28,570 nucleotides of DNA from an uncultured Clostridium sp. (GTDB taxonomy: Bacteria; Bacillota; Clostridia; TANB77; CAG-508), in assembly GCA_900556455.1 (NCBI GenBank), contig USOV01000009.1, forward strand, positions 1-28,570. The letters run 5' to 3'. The notes below the pieces were generated by a model that was given only the letters and a program-made list of their open reading frames with translations, did no database searches and was not told the DNA's origin. The number at the start of each line of letters is the position of its first letter. The stretch's first letter is position 1. A program made the translations under genes and the position numbers. Shown in pieces: positions 1 to 8,214 of this stretch.

Positions 1-98
1 GTTCAATAATTGGCATTTTAAATTTAATAATTTCAGGTATATACTTCTATTTAACTAATCAACTAGATTTTTTAAAAAGATTGAAAAAAGGTGAGTGA
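1..98 (+). CDS. 3' end of a CDS entering from the left edge (hydrophobic C-terminus, product unknown)
   Basis: Frame 3 is open from the window edge (..SIIGILNLIISGIYFYLTNQLDFLKRLKKGE*). Its TGA (96-98) overlaps the GTG start of the next gene as GTGA, a typical operon junction. Confidence 0.35.
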   Translation, partial: SIIGILNLIISGIYFYLTNQLDFLKRLKKGE

Positions 99-1285
99 AT
101 AAATTGAAAAAAATATCAGTATTAACACCAACATACAATGATGCAGAAAGTATTGAAGAAACTCTACTTTCATTAATTAATCAAACTTATACTAATTGGG
201 AATCCATTATTATTGATGATGGTTCTACAGACAATACTAAAACTGTTATAGAAGAGTTTAAAAAAACATATGATAAAGATAATAAAATAAATTATATACA
301 TCAAAATAATGCAGACCAATTAAATGCTCTTATAAATGGTTTGTCAAAAGCATCTGGAGATTACATTTTTGTTCTTCATTCTGACGATTTATTACCTACT
401 AATGATTTTTTTGAAAAAATCGTTACTTCAATAACTCAAACTGATTGTGATGCTCTAATCGGAGACTTAGAAATAATAAATAGTGCATCTGACACAGTAA
501 ATTGTTGGAAAGCTTTAACATATAAGAACCGCAATTATACTCCTGTTATTTTGTTATTGAATGATGGGGCTAATATATATGGAGATGTTGCATTATGGAA
601 AAAGGAGATTTACTCTGAAAAGGTAAAAGGAAACTATTTACTTTGGAATACACCTTTTTGGTTAGACTTGCGAAATAATCCATCTGTTCTAAATGTAAAA
701 AATGTAGATTTTCCAATTTTAAAATATAGAATTCATGAATCAAATTACATAAAAAATGATATTGGTAAATTTAATGTTTTAAATGGTGAATTAAGAGCAT
801 TAACTATTTTGCTAAATTATTATTCAATTCCTTTATACCATTTTCAAAAATTTATTTGGAATTTTATAAGAATTAGGGGAATTAGGAAATTAAAACTTAG
901 TAACTATTTTAAACCATTATATTTAAATAAAGGAACAAAAAATAAATATAAAATAATAAAAAATAAAATACAAAAAACTTATGGGGAAAAATATAAAGAA
1001 AATATTTTCTTTATATCTCTATTAGGATTTTATAAAAACAATTCTGACCGTACTATAGAATTAAATAATTTAGAAAATGAAGAAATCTTTTTGGGTAAAG
1101 ATATAAGATCTTTTACGAAAAAATTATTTGATAATAAATTATCTGATTTTTACTACAATCTTTTTGAAGAAATGCAAAAAGGGTTCAGCACTATACAGGT
1201 CAAAAATGAAGCAGAAAAAGATTTAGCAATTAAACTTACAAAATTTTTATGTATCTATCCATATGTGAAAGTTGTTGTAAAATAA
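95..1285 (+). CDS. family 2 (GT-A fold) glycosyltransferase
   Basis: N-terminal GT2 signature VLTPTYNDAESIEETLLSLINQTYTNWESIIIDDGSTDNT followed by VLHSDD. The GTG start at 95 overlaps the upstream stop. An alternative TTG at 104 lies 8 nt after AAAGGTGAG. Confidence 0.85.
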   Translation: MNKLKKISVLTPTYNDAESIEETLLSLINQTYTNWESIIIDDGSTDNTKTVIEEFKKTYDKDNKINYIHQNNADQLNALINGLSKASGDYIFVLHSDDLLPTNDFFEKIVTSITQTDCDALIGDLEIINSASDTVNCWKALTYKNRNYTPVILLLNDGANIYGDVALWKKEIYSEKVKGNYLLWNTPFWLDLRNNPSVLNVKNVDFPILKYRIHESNYIKNDIGKFNVLNGELRALTILLNYYSIPLYHFQKFIWNFIRIRGIRKLKLSNYFKPLYLNKGTKNKYKIIKNKIQKTYGEKYKENIFFISLLGFYKNNSDRTIELNNLENEEIFLGKDIRSFTKKLFDNKLSDFYYNLFEEMQKGFSTIQVKNEAEKDLAIKLTKFLCIYPYVKVVVK

Positions 1286-1296
1286 TGGAGGTAAAA

Positions 1297-2007
1297 ATGG
1301 CAATACCAAAAATTATTCACTATGTTTGGATGGGCGGAAAAGAGAAGCCCTCACAAATAAAGAAATGTATAAAAACATGGAAAAAACATTTAAAAGATTA
1401 TGAATTTATTGAATGGAATGAGCAAAACTTTGATATAAATAGCAATGAATTTGTAAAAAAAATGTATGAAAAAAAGAAATGGGCTTTTGTTAGTGATTAT
1501 GTGAGAGCTTATGCTATATATAATTACGGAGGAATATATTTAGATACAGATGTATTTGTTATAGACAAATTAGACTCACTTTTAGAAAACAAAGCTTTTG
1601 TCGGATTTGAAGCTCCAGAATTTCCTTTTACAGCAGTTTTTGGTGCAGAAAAAGGTCATCCTTTTATAAAAGATATCTTGGATTATTATGATGATATAAA
1701 GCTAGAAGGAAATTTCGAAGATAATAATACAATTTCTGTTTCTAATTTATTAATAGAGAAATATGGATGCAAAAAAGGTAATTTTGAACAAACTTTAGAA
1801 ACTGGTATAAAAGTATACACAGATGATGTTTTGTGTAATCCGTCAAAAAATTCTTTGACTGTTCACGTTTTTTTAGGAAGTTGGTTAAACAATAATTCTT
1901 TTAAATATAAATTTCATGAATTTTTACGAATGCAGTTAAATTGTAAATTCAATATAAATTTATATTGTAATTATATCAAATTACGTAATAAGTTAATAAA
2001 AAAATAG
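1297..2007 (+). CDS. GT32-like glycosyltransferase (sugar-binding DXD-motif family)
   Basis: MAIPKIIHYVWMGG... and DYVRAYAIYNYGGIYLDTDV match the Gly_transf_sug/OCH1-type capsular sugar transferase pattern. ATG at 1297 is preceded by GGAGG (1287-1291). The track start at 1249 is an unsupported upstream extension. Confidence 0.8.
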   Translation: MAIPKIIHYVWMGGKEKPSQIKKCIKTWKKHLKDYEFIEWNEQNFDINSNEFVKKMYEKKKWAFVSDYVRAYAIYNYGGIYLDTDVFVIDKLDSLLENKAFVGFEAPEFPFTAVFGAEKGHPFIKDILDYYDDIKLEGNFEDNNTISVSNLLIEKYGCKKGNFEQTLETGIKVYTDDVLCNPSKNSLTVHVFLGSWLNNNSFKYKFHEFLRMQLNCKFNINLYCNYIKLRNKLIKK

Positions 2008-2039
2008 GAATAGATTAAATAATCTATTCCTATTTTTTT
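2006..2039. terminator. bidirectional rho-independent terminator between convergent genes
   Basis: Perfect 11-bp stem AGGAATAGATT (2006-2016) / AATCTATTCCT (2021-2031) with a 4-nt loop. It is flanked by an A-run upstream and a T-run downstream. Confidence 0.65.
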
Positions 2040-2040
2040 A

Positions 2041-4311
2041 TTAAAATCCTAAACTATTATTTAAATATATTAAACTATCAAATATTTCTTCATTAGTTAT
2101 ATATGAATTTTCATTTTTAGGTAAGTTTATTATCATTTTGTCATTATATATAACATAATCATAAGTTTGATATTCATTTAATTCTTCATAATAATTATTA
2201 ATTATTTCTCCATTTACTGTATCCCTTAAATAAAAATCTCCAGATATTCCAAAAGCATATAATTTATTTGCATTTAATAACATTTCAAGATAATTATCAT
2301 ATTTATTATTTTCCTCACTTTGTTCTTCTATTTTAAGGAAACCGTTTTCATCAATAATATAATTATTATTTGTAATTTGATTAATTCTATTTACAAACTC
2401 TTCTCTTGATTTTTCTTCAACCCATACACCAACTTCATTATTTATTGGCATTAATTTTGCAGAATTTACTTCATCTTCTGTTGGTATATCATTTTTAAGC
2501 ATACCTGCTAATTCAATATAATATTGTTCTTCATCTGAAGTTTCGCTTATATTTAAAGCTCTTGCTCTTTTTGCCATATTAAATGTTGCTACTTTATTAT
2601 TTAATGGCACACCTTTTAACATATTTGTGACTGAAGTGATATATTTTGTAGAAAGCCCTTCATTTACTGACTGTTGATGACTTTTTATCCAACTAGGTAA
2701 TTCTATTAATGCTGCTTGAGCACCTAAATCTGCTCTTGCCCAACTTATTAAATATTGAACTCCATATGAATCATATTTTTTTGTAGCAGATGGAAATCTT
2801 GTAGCAAAATAACTACAAATTTCAGAATCCCCTATAAGAGAATTTTCCCATCCATGTAAGTCTATAACCATGGTTTTTCCACTAATTGATTTTTTCTCTA
2901 TCAAAAAGTCTCTTAATGCCACTGCTTCATAAGCCTGAAATCCTGCTTTTCCATTGTAATTTCTGTTATCTGTATAAATTTTATATGGCTGTCCACTAAC
3001 TTGCCAACATCTATTAATATCTATTCCTGTATTGTTTGGTGCAGAAGAATATACTGTTCTTCTACCTGGTCCATTATTAGTCCATCCATCAGTAAGCCCA
3101 TCTGGGTTTACATTTGGGAAAATGTATATAGTCCAGTTTTTAGCTATGTATTCATCTCTTCCATTGATAAGGCTATTATAAAAATCATTTGCAATTAATG
3201 TAAGTTCTTTTCCATCATAACTCCAATTATCTTCAAATCCATGTACTTCAAATGTAGTAAATAATACATTTTCTCCAGCCCCGTATTTATAATATTTTAA
3301 ATCTGAACCTTTATTACTGTCTGATTGCTTTAATCCGCTTATTCCATAAGTTCCAGTTTTGCCTGTTGTAATATCATATAATCTAAACATTTGAGAGTCT
3401 TTTCCTGAATATGCCTGTGTTGTAAAAGTTGTGTCTTGTGTTAAATAATTTCCACTTGCTTTTGACTTGAATGCATAATATCCATTACCTTTATTTTCTG
3501 GAATCCACAATTGTGAATCTGCCTTTGTATTATCAAGCACATATACTGTTCCATTTTCCTCAGATACCACCTCGTTAGATAGTACTGATATGATTTGACA
3601 ATAATCATTATCTACATATTTAATATCAAACATTTGACTCTTACAGCTTTTTTCTGTTACTGCAACTGTAGTACCATCACCATTGTAATCTAACACTAAA
3701 TTTGAGTTCGTTTTCATTTCAAATTTATATGTTCTTTCGCTAATTTCTTTTGTCAAAACGAATTTAAACTTTTGAGCTGTGTTATTTACTAAATCACAAA
3801 TCTGGATATTAACTCCATTTCCTGCTTGAGCCATATATACATCTAATGTCTTAAGATTGTCTAATTTTGATATTATGTTATAATAGCCATTTCCTGCATC
3901 TTTTATCCACCATTTTTGAGCATCATTTCCAGTATACTCGCATTGTTGCACATTCGTACAATTTGCTATTCTTGCATCTTTTACATCTAGTGATTTTCCT
4001 GAGTGTACTGCTATTATTTTGTAATAGCCATCCCCTAAATATTTAACATTAAATTTTTGGTTATTCATTCTATTATTTGTTAATAACTGTACATTTGCCC
4101 AATTTGCAGTTGAACCTCCTGCAACATCTATTACATAGTTTTCATTTAACGCACTTTTAATTGTATATGTTCCATCTTCTATTGTTCTGCCCTCATTATT
4201 AGATAGTTCCATTTGCATAGAATCAGCATCTTTTGCAAAGGCAACACTTTGTAGGGCAAAAAATATAGCTAATACAATTCCACACATTAATATTCTTTTT
4301 ATTCTTTTCAT
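2041..4311 (-). CDS. secreted protein: signal peptide, two ricin-type beta-trefoil lectin domains, M14 zinc carboxypeptidase-like domain, and a C-terminal region of about 190 aa with no family I recognise
   Basis: MKRIKRILMCGIVLAIFFALQSVAFA is a signal peptide. There are six QxW/QxF repeats (NQKFNV, AQKWWI, AQKFKF, SQMFDI, SQLWIP, SQMFRL). M14 motifs are present: VHGFEDNW (HxxE), IFPNVNPDG, GIDINRCW, VIDLHGW. The ATG at 4311 follows GGAAGGAG, so I prefer it over the track start at 4338. Confidence 0.75.
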   Translation of the reverse strand: MKRIKRILMCGIVLAIFFALQSVAFAKDADSMQMELSNNEGRTIEDGTYTIKSALNENYVIDVAGGSTANWANVQLLTNNRMNNQKFNVKYLGDGYYKIIAVHSGKSLDVKDARIANCTNVQQCEYTGNDAQKWWIKDAGNGYYNIISKLDNLKTLDVYMAQAGNGVNIQICDLVNNTAQKFKFVLTKEISERTYKFEMKTNSNLVLDYNGDGTTVAVTEKSCKSQMFDIKYVDNDYCQIISVLSNEVVSEENGTVYVLDNTKADSQLWIPENKGNGYYAFKSKASGNYLTQDTTFTTQAYSGKDSQMFRLYDITTGKTGTYGISGLKQSDSNKGSDLKYYKYGAGENVLFTTFEVHGFEDNWSYDGKELTLIANDFYNSLINGRDEYIAKNWTIYIFPNVNPDGLTDGWTNNGPGRRTVYSSAPNNTGIDINRCWQVSGQPYKIYTDNRNYNGKAGFQAYEAVALRDFLIEKKSISGKTMVIDLHGWENSLIGDSEICSYFATRFPSATKKYDSYGVQYLISWARADLGAQAALIELPSWIKSHQQSVNEGLSTKYITSVTNMLKGVPLNNKVATFNMAKRARALNISETSDEEQYYIELAGMLKNDIPTEDEVNSAKLMPINNEVGVWVEEKSREEFVNRINQITNNNYIIDENGFLKIEEQSEENNKYDNYLEMLLNANKLYAFGISGDFYLRDTVNGEIINNYYEELNEYQTYDYVIYNDKMIINLPKNENSYITNEEIFDSLIYLNNSLGF

Positions 4312-4426
4312 TTTTTTCTCCTTCCTTTGTTTTGGCATTCTATCCTTTTTTTATTATACTACTATATTATCTTTTTGAGAAGCAGATTTTTTAATTTTTT
4401 TATATTTAATACGAAATTAATAATTA

Positions 4427-4463
4427 AAAGATATAATTATTAATTTTTAACAATTATATCTTT
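4427..4463. repeat. perfect 12-bp inverted repeat in the intergenic region downstream of the sigma gene and upstream of the peptidase gene
   Basis: AAAGATATAATT (4427-4438) and AATTATATCTTT (4452-4463) with a 13-nt spacer. It could be a weak AT-rich terminator for the sigma-fusion gene or an operator. The function is not determinable from sequence. Confidence 0.4.
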
Positions 4464-4540
4464 ATAACATTATTAAAAAAGTATTGAAATTATATTTCTA
4501 TATGCAAATTTATAATGCTTAATTATCTAAAAAAGTATTA

Positions 4541-6166
4541 TTATTCATCTACACTTGCTGGCACTAATACATCTGTATTATCTACTTTCAAAGCAAAATA
4601 AGGTTGCTCTTTATTTTCCTCTTTTAGATATAATATAAAATCACTATCAAATATCATTTTCCTTGAATTTTTTATTATTCCTTCTCGTGTGGCATCAATT
4701 GCTGCCTCACTTTTTACGCTTCCCCCTATATTATTTAATTCAAAGTCTATCGTTTGTAAGGCTTGTTTTATATAATATCCACTATTTTTAATTTCTCTTC
4801 CGCATAATTCGTCATAGTTAATTTCAGCATTGACTTTTATAAATGGTATTCTTAGCATATCATCTTCTTCAAATGTAGTTTTCCCATAATAGCCACTCTG
4901 CTGTTTTTTTATTTCTTCATAATTTTCTTCAAATGATTTATTCTCTCCGGTTGTTTTATATAAAATAACATCTTCTCCTTCTTTAGTTTTTAATTTTATA
5001 GCAAAATTTTCTTCTGAATTATAAAACAATATTTCTACATTTTTACTTGCCTCAGGCTTAGTACTGCAATCTACTCCAAAACATTTTACTCTAGTTTCTG
5101 AATTATTAAACTTCATACTCTCCATTGCTGTTGAGAATGGTTCCAAAAAATTAAACTCTTTTTTCAATATTGCATATAATACATATCCATTTGGATCATT
5201 CCAATCAATTCTATCTATTAATTTACTATCCTCATTAAATTTTTGTTTTATTCCATTTTTGATTTTATTTTTTAAATCTTCCCCCATAGCCTGCCCGTGT
5301 ATTTTAAAGTATGAGTTTTCCGATAATTGATTAGCTTTAAAGCTTTGTTTGTTTAATTCATTTGCAAGTTCTGATTCTCCATCTTCAAATTCAATTTTTC
5401 CTTTTACAACATCATTCATAAAATCATTCCATACTAAATTAAAAGTACCTACCCATACCTTATTACTATCCATTGTTGATAATTTACTTGTATATGTCGG
5501 AGTCATTGGTACTTTTCCTGTAAAACTTTCAATGATTTTCTTTGTAGCATATACTCCTCCTGCTAGTAAAATACTTATACATAACATTATTATAATTACT
5601 TTTGACACTTTATTCATTTCATCAAATCCTTTCTTTATTAAAATTTTTAGTAATTCTTTTTTGCCTCTATGGATAAGATTTTTTACATTTTGAATTGATT
5701 CTCCGAGTATTTGTGCTGTTTCTTGATATGTTAGTTCTTCAATTTTGACCAAATACATTGCATTTTTATATCTATCATCTAACATATTTATAGCAGTAAT
5801 TATTGCTTGTCTTTTTTCATTCTTTGTTATAATATCTACCACATCTTGTTCTATTCTCATAGTTTCATTCAAATTATATTTTTCATTTATTTCAGTTCTT
5901 CTTTTTTCCATATTTATTTGATTATATGCTCTACTTTTAGCAACTAAATATATATAATATTTAAAACTATAACCATCTTTAATTTTATTTTGCATAATAT
6001 AAATAAACACATCTTGAGTAATATCTTCAGCTTTTTGATAATCTTTTACTATATTATAAACAAAGTATTGTATTTTGTCCTTATACTTATTATATAGCAA
6101 TTCAAAAGCACCTTTTTCTCCATCTAAATATTCATTATATAATTTTATATCTAAATCTTTCTCCAT
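4541..6166 (-). CDS. ECF-type sigma-70 factor fused through one transmembrane helix to an extracytoplasmic serpin-like domain
   Basis: Sigma region 2 is AFELLYNKYKDKIQYFVYNIVKDYQKAEDITQDVFIYI. Region 4 HTH is LTYQETAQILGESIQNVKNLIHRGKKEL. The TM helix is VSKVIIIMLCISILLAGGVYA. The C-terminal ~315 aa carry serpin-like motifs: LRIPFIKV, ALQTIDFELNNIGGSVKSEAAIDAT (hinge-like) and MIFDSDFILYLKEENKEQPYFALKV (F-x-x-D-x-P/F-F-like C-terminus). Confidence 0.7.
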   Translation of the reverse strand: MEKDLDIKLYNEYLDGEKGAFELLYNKYKDKIQYFVYNIVKDYQKAEDITQDVFIYIMQNKIKDGYSFKYYIYLVAKSRAYNQINMEKRRTEINEKYNLNETMRIEQDVVDIITKNEKRQAIITAINMLDDRYKNAMYLVKIEELTYQETAQILGESIQNVKNLIHRGKKELLKILIKKGFDEMNKVSKVIIIMLCISILLAGGVYATKKIIESFTGKVPMTPTYTSKLSTMDSNKVWVGTFNLVWNDFMNDVVKGKIEFEDGESELANELNKQSFKANQLSENSYFKIHGQAMGEDLKNKIKNGIKQKFNEDSKLIDRIDWNDPNGYVLYAILKKEFNFLEPFSTAMESMKFNNSETRVKCFGVDCSTKPEASKNVEILFYNSEENFAIKLKTKEGEDVILYKTTGENKSFEENYEEIKKQQSGYYGKTTFEEDDMLRIPFIKVNAEINYDELCGREIKNSGYYIKQALQTIDFELNNIGGSVKSEAAIDATREGIIKNSRKMIFDSDFILYLKEENKEQPYFALKVDNTDVLVPASVDE

Positions 6167-6349
6167 ATCTTACCCTGCTTTCATATATACAAACAGCTGA
6201 AGACTAAAAAAGTTTCAATTTTTTGTATTTTTTTGATTATATCATAATTTATATCATCTAAAAAATAAGTAATTAAAAAAACAAATTTTCATAATTTTTT
6301 ACGTGTTTTTTAATAAAAACCTACTATATGCTTAGGCACAATTTTACCC

Positions 6350-7147
6350 TTGCATAATCACCAACAATATATTATAATAATTAAAGTAAAATTTAGCATT
6401 ATAATACAAAAAATAAAGGGGCGAATTAAAATAAAAGCATATTTTGAGAAATTATATAAATCAACCAAAGAAAGTTTTTTTGAAATAGTAAAGCAAAATA
6501 TTATAAATGAAAAGAAAATGTTCATTGTAACAGCAAATCCTGAAACTATTATGACTTCTGAACAAAATAATGATTTCAAGGAAGCGTTATTAGATGAAAA
6601 TACTACAATTATTCCAGATGGAATAGGTACTGTTAAAGGTGCAAAAATGCTAGGATATCATGTAGAAGAAACAATCCCTGGTGTAGAATTATGTACAAAA
6701 TTATTTGAATATTGTAACCAATATAGTAAAAATATTTTTCTTTTAGGTGCAAAACAAGAAGTTCTAGAAAAACTTGTTAATGTTTTAGAGCGTAATTATC
6801 CTAATGCACATATATGTGGATATGAGAATGGATATGTAGAAAATAAACAAGCCGTTTTTGACAAAATACCTAACCTTGAGCCAGATGTTGTATTAGTAGC
6901 CTTAGGAATTCCTGAACAAGAACTACTAATTTATAAAAATTTAAATCAATTTAATAAAGGAATATTTGTTGGTGTTGGCGGAAGTTTTGATGTACTAAGT
7001 GGTACAAAGAAAAGAGCACCAAAAATATTTATAAAATTACATTTAGAGTGGCTATATAGAATACTTAAAGAACCTAAAAGACTTAAAAGATTTTTCAATA
7101 GTAACGTAAAATATATTTTGAAAATAAAAAAAGAGGTTATGTCATGA
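6350..7147 (+). CDS. tagA: WecG/TagA/CpsF-family glycosyltransferase (N-acetylmannosaminyltransferase-like); start uncertain
   Basis: IVTANPETIM, IPDGIGTV, FLLGAKQEVLEKL, VLVALGIPEQE, GVGGSFDVLSGTKKRAP and LEWLYRILKEPKRLKR are the conserved TagA/WecG blocks. The only canonical in-frame starts are TTG 6350 (no RBS) and ATG 6518 (which truncates the N-terminus). A strong AAAGGGG (6414-6420) is followed only by in-frame ATT 6425 and ATA 6431. Confidence 0.8.
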   Translation: MHNHQQYIIIIKVKFSIIIQKIKGRIKIKAYFEKLYKSTKESFFEIVKQNIINEKKMFIVTANPETIMTSEQNNDFKEALLDENTTIIPDGIGTVKGAKMLGYHVEETIPGVELCTKLFEYCNQYSKNIFLLGAKQEVLEKLVNVLERNYPNAHICGYENGYVENKQAVFDKIPNLEPDVVLVALGIPEQELLIYKNLNQFNKGIFVGVGGSFDVLSGTKKRAPKIFIKLHLEWLYRILKEPKRLKRFFNSNVKYILKIKKEVMS

Positions 7148-7842
7148 AAACATTATTAATAATCCCTGCTTACAATGAAGAAAAAAACATAGAAAATACT
7201 ATTAAGAAGATTTTAGATTTGCACAATCCAGATATAGACTATATTATTATTAATGATGGTTCCACAGATAATACTTTAGAAATTTTAGAGAATAATCATT
7301 TTAATTATTTAAATTTACCTGCAAATTTAGGTATTGGTGGAGCTGTACAAACTGGCTATAAATACGCATTATATAAGAATTATGATATTGCAATCCAATT
7401 TGATGGTGATGGCCAACACAATGTTGAATATATAAGCCAATTAATTCAACAAATAGAAGCCGGTAATGATTTAGTTATAGGATCTAGATTTTTAGATAAT
7501 CTTACTGGCTTTAAGTCTACTAAAACTAGAAGAGTTGGAATAAAACTATTATCTAATCTTATAAAACTATGTACCGGAAAAAAGATAACAGATCCTACTA
7601 GCGGTTTTAGAGCTTGTAATAAAAAAATAATAGAATTGTTTTCAATGAACTATCCTTATGATTATCCTGAACCTGATACTATAGTAAAAGTTATAAAAAA
7701 AGGCTTTAATGTTAAAGAAATTCCTGTTATAATGAATGAACGAGAGCAAGGAAAATCTTCAATAAATATGTTAAAATCTGTTTATTATATGATTAAAGTA
7801 AGCTTATCTATTATTATATCAAGTTTTTCAAATAAGGAGTGA
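7144..7842 (+). CDS. GT2 polyprenyl-phosphate glycosyltransferase (GtrB/CsbB/DPM1-like)
   Basis: LIIPAYNEEKNIENTIKKI, IIINDGSTDNT and QFDGDGQH motifs. It has the short ~230-aa soluble-type architecture. An ATGA overlaps the tagA-like stop (7144-7147). Confidence 0.85.
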   Translation: MKTLLIIPAYNEEKNIENTIKKILDLHNPDIDYIIINDGSTDNTLEILENNHFNYLNLPANLGIGGAVQTGYKYALYKNYDIAIQFDGDGQHNVEYISQLIQQIEAGNDLVIGSRFLDNLTGFKSTKTRRVGIKLLSNLIKLCTGKKITDPTSGFRACNKKIIELFSMNYPYDYPEPDTIVKVIKKGFNVKEIPVIMNEREQGKSSINMLKSVYYMIKVSLSIIISSFSNKE

Positions 7843-7848
7843 AAATAA

Positions 7849-8214
7849 ATGCCTATCAATTTAAGAATTTTCTTAGTTTTAAGTGTTTTTTGTTTTATTT
7901 TATTTATATTATATGTTATAAAAAAACAGAAATTATTATTAAAATATTCCCTTCTTTGGCTAGCCTCGTCTTTCCTTATGTTAATTTGCATATTATTTCC
8001 ATCTTTTTTAAACTTGCTATGCAAAATTTTAGGAATAGAATTAGTTTCTAATTTAGTTTTTTTAATTGGATTTCTAATTTTACTTGTGCTAACATTTGTC
8101 TTAACTATAATAGTTTCTGAACAAAAAAATAAAATTGTAGTACTTACTGAAGAAATAGCCATTATAAAAAAAGAATTAAAGGAGTTAAAAAATGATAAAG
8201 AAATTAATCAATAA
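7849..8214 (+). CDS. small membrane protein, DUF2304-like
   Basis: Three or four hydrophobic helices are followed by a C-terminal coiled segment (IVVLTEEIAIIKKELKELK). The KYSLLWL motif and the position directly after a GT2 gene are typical of DUF2304. Confidence 0.6.
   Translation: MPINLRIFLVLSVFCFILFILYVIKKQKLLLKYSLLWLASSFLMLICILFPSFLNLLCKILGIELVSNLVFLIGFLILLVLTFVLTIIVSEQKNKIVVLTEEIAIIKKELKELKNDKEINQ

Noticed and set aside
6205-6245. Candidate promoters for the sigma-fusion gene on the minus strand: an extended -10 TGATATAAT (6244-6236) and an ECF-like GAAAC (6216-6212).
   Set aside because: TATAAT-like strings are abundant in this composition. The GAAAC has no convincing CGT-type -10 at the right spacing, and no similar motif precedes the neighbouring peptidase gene.
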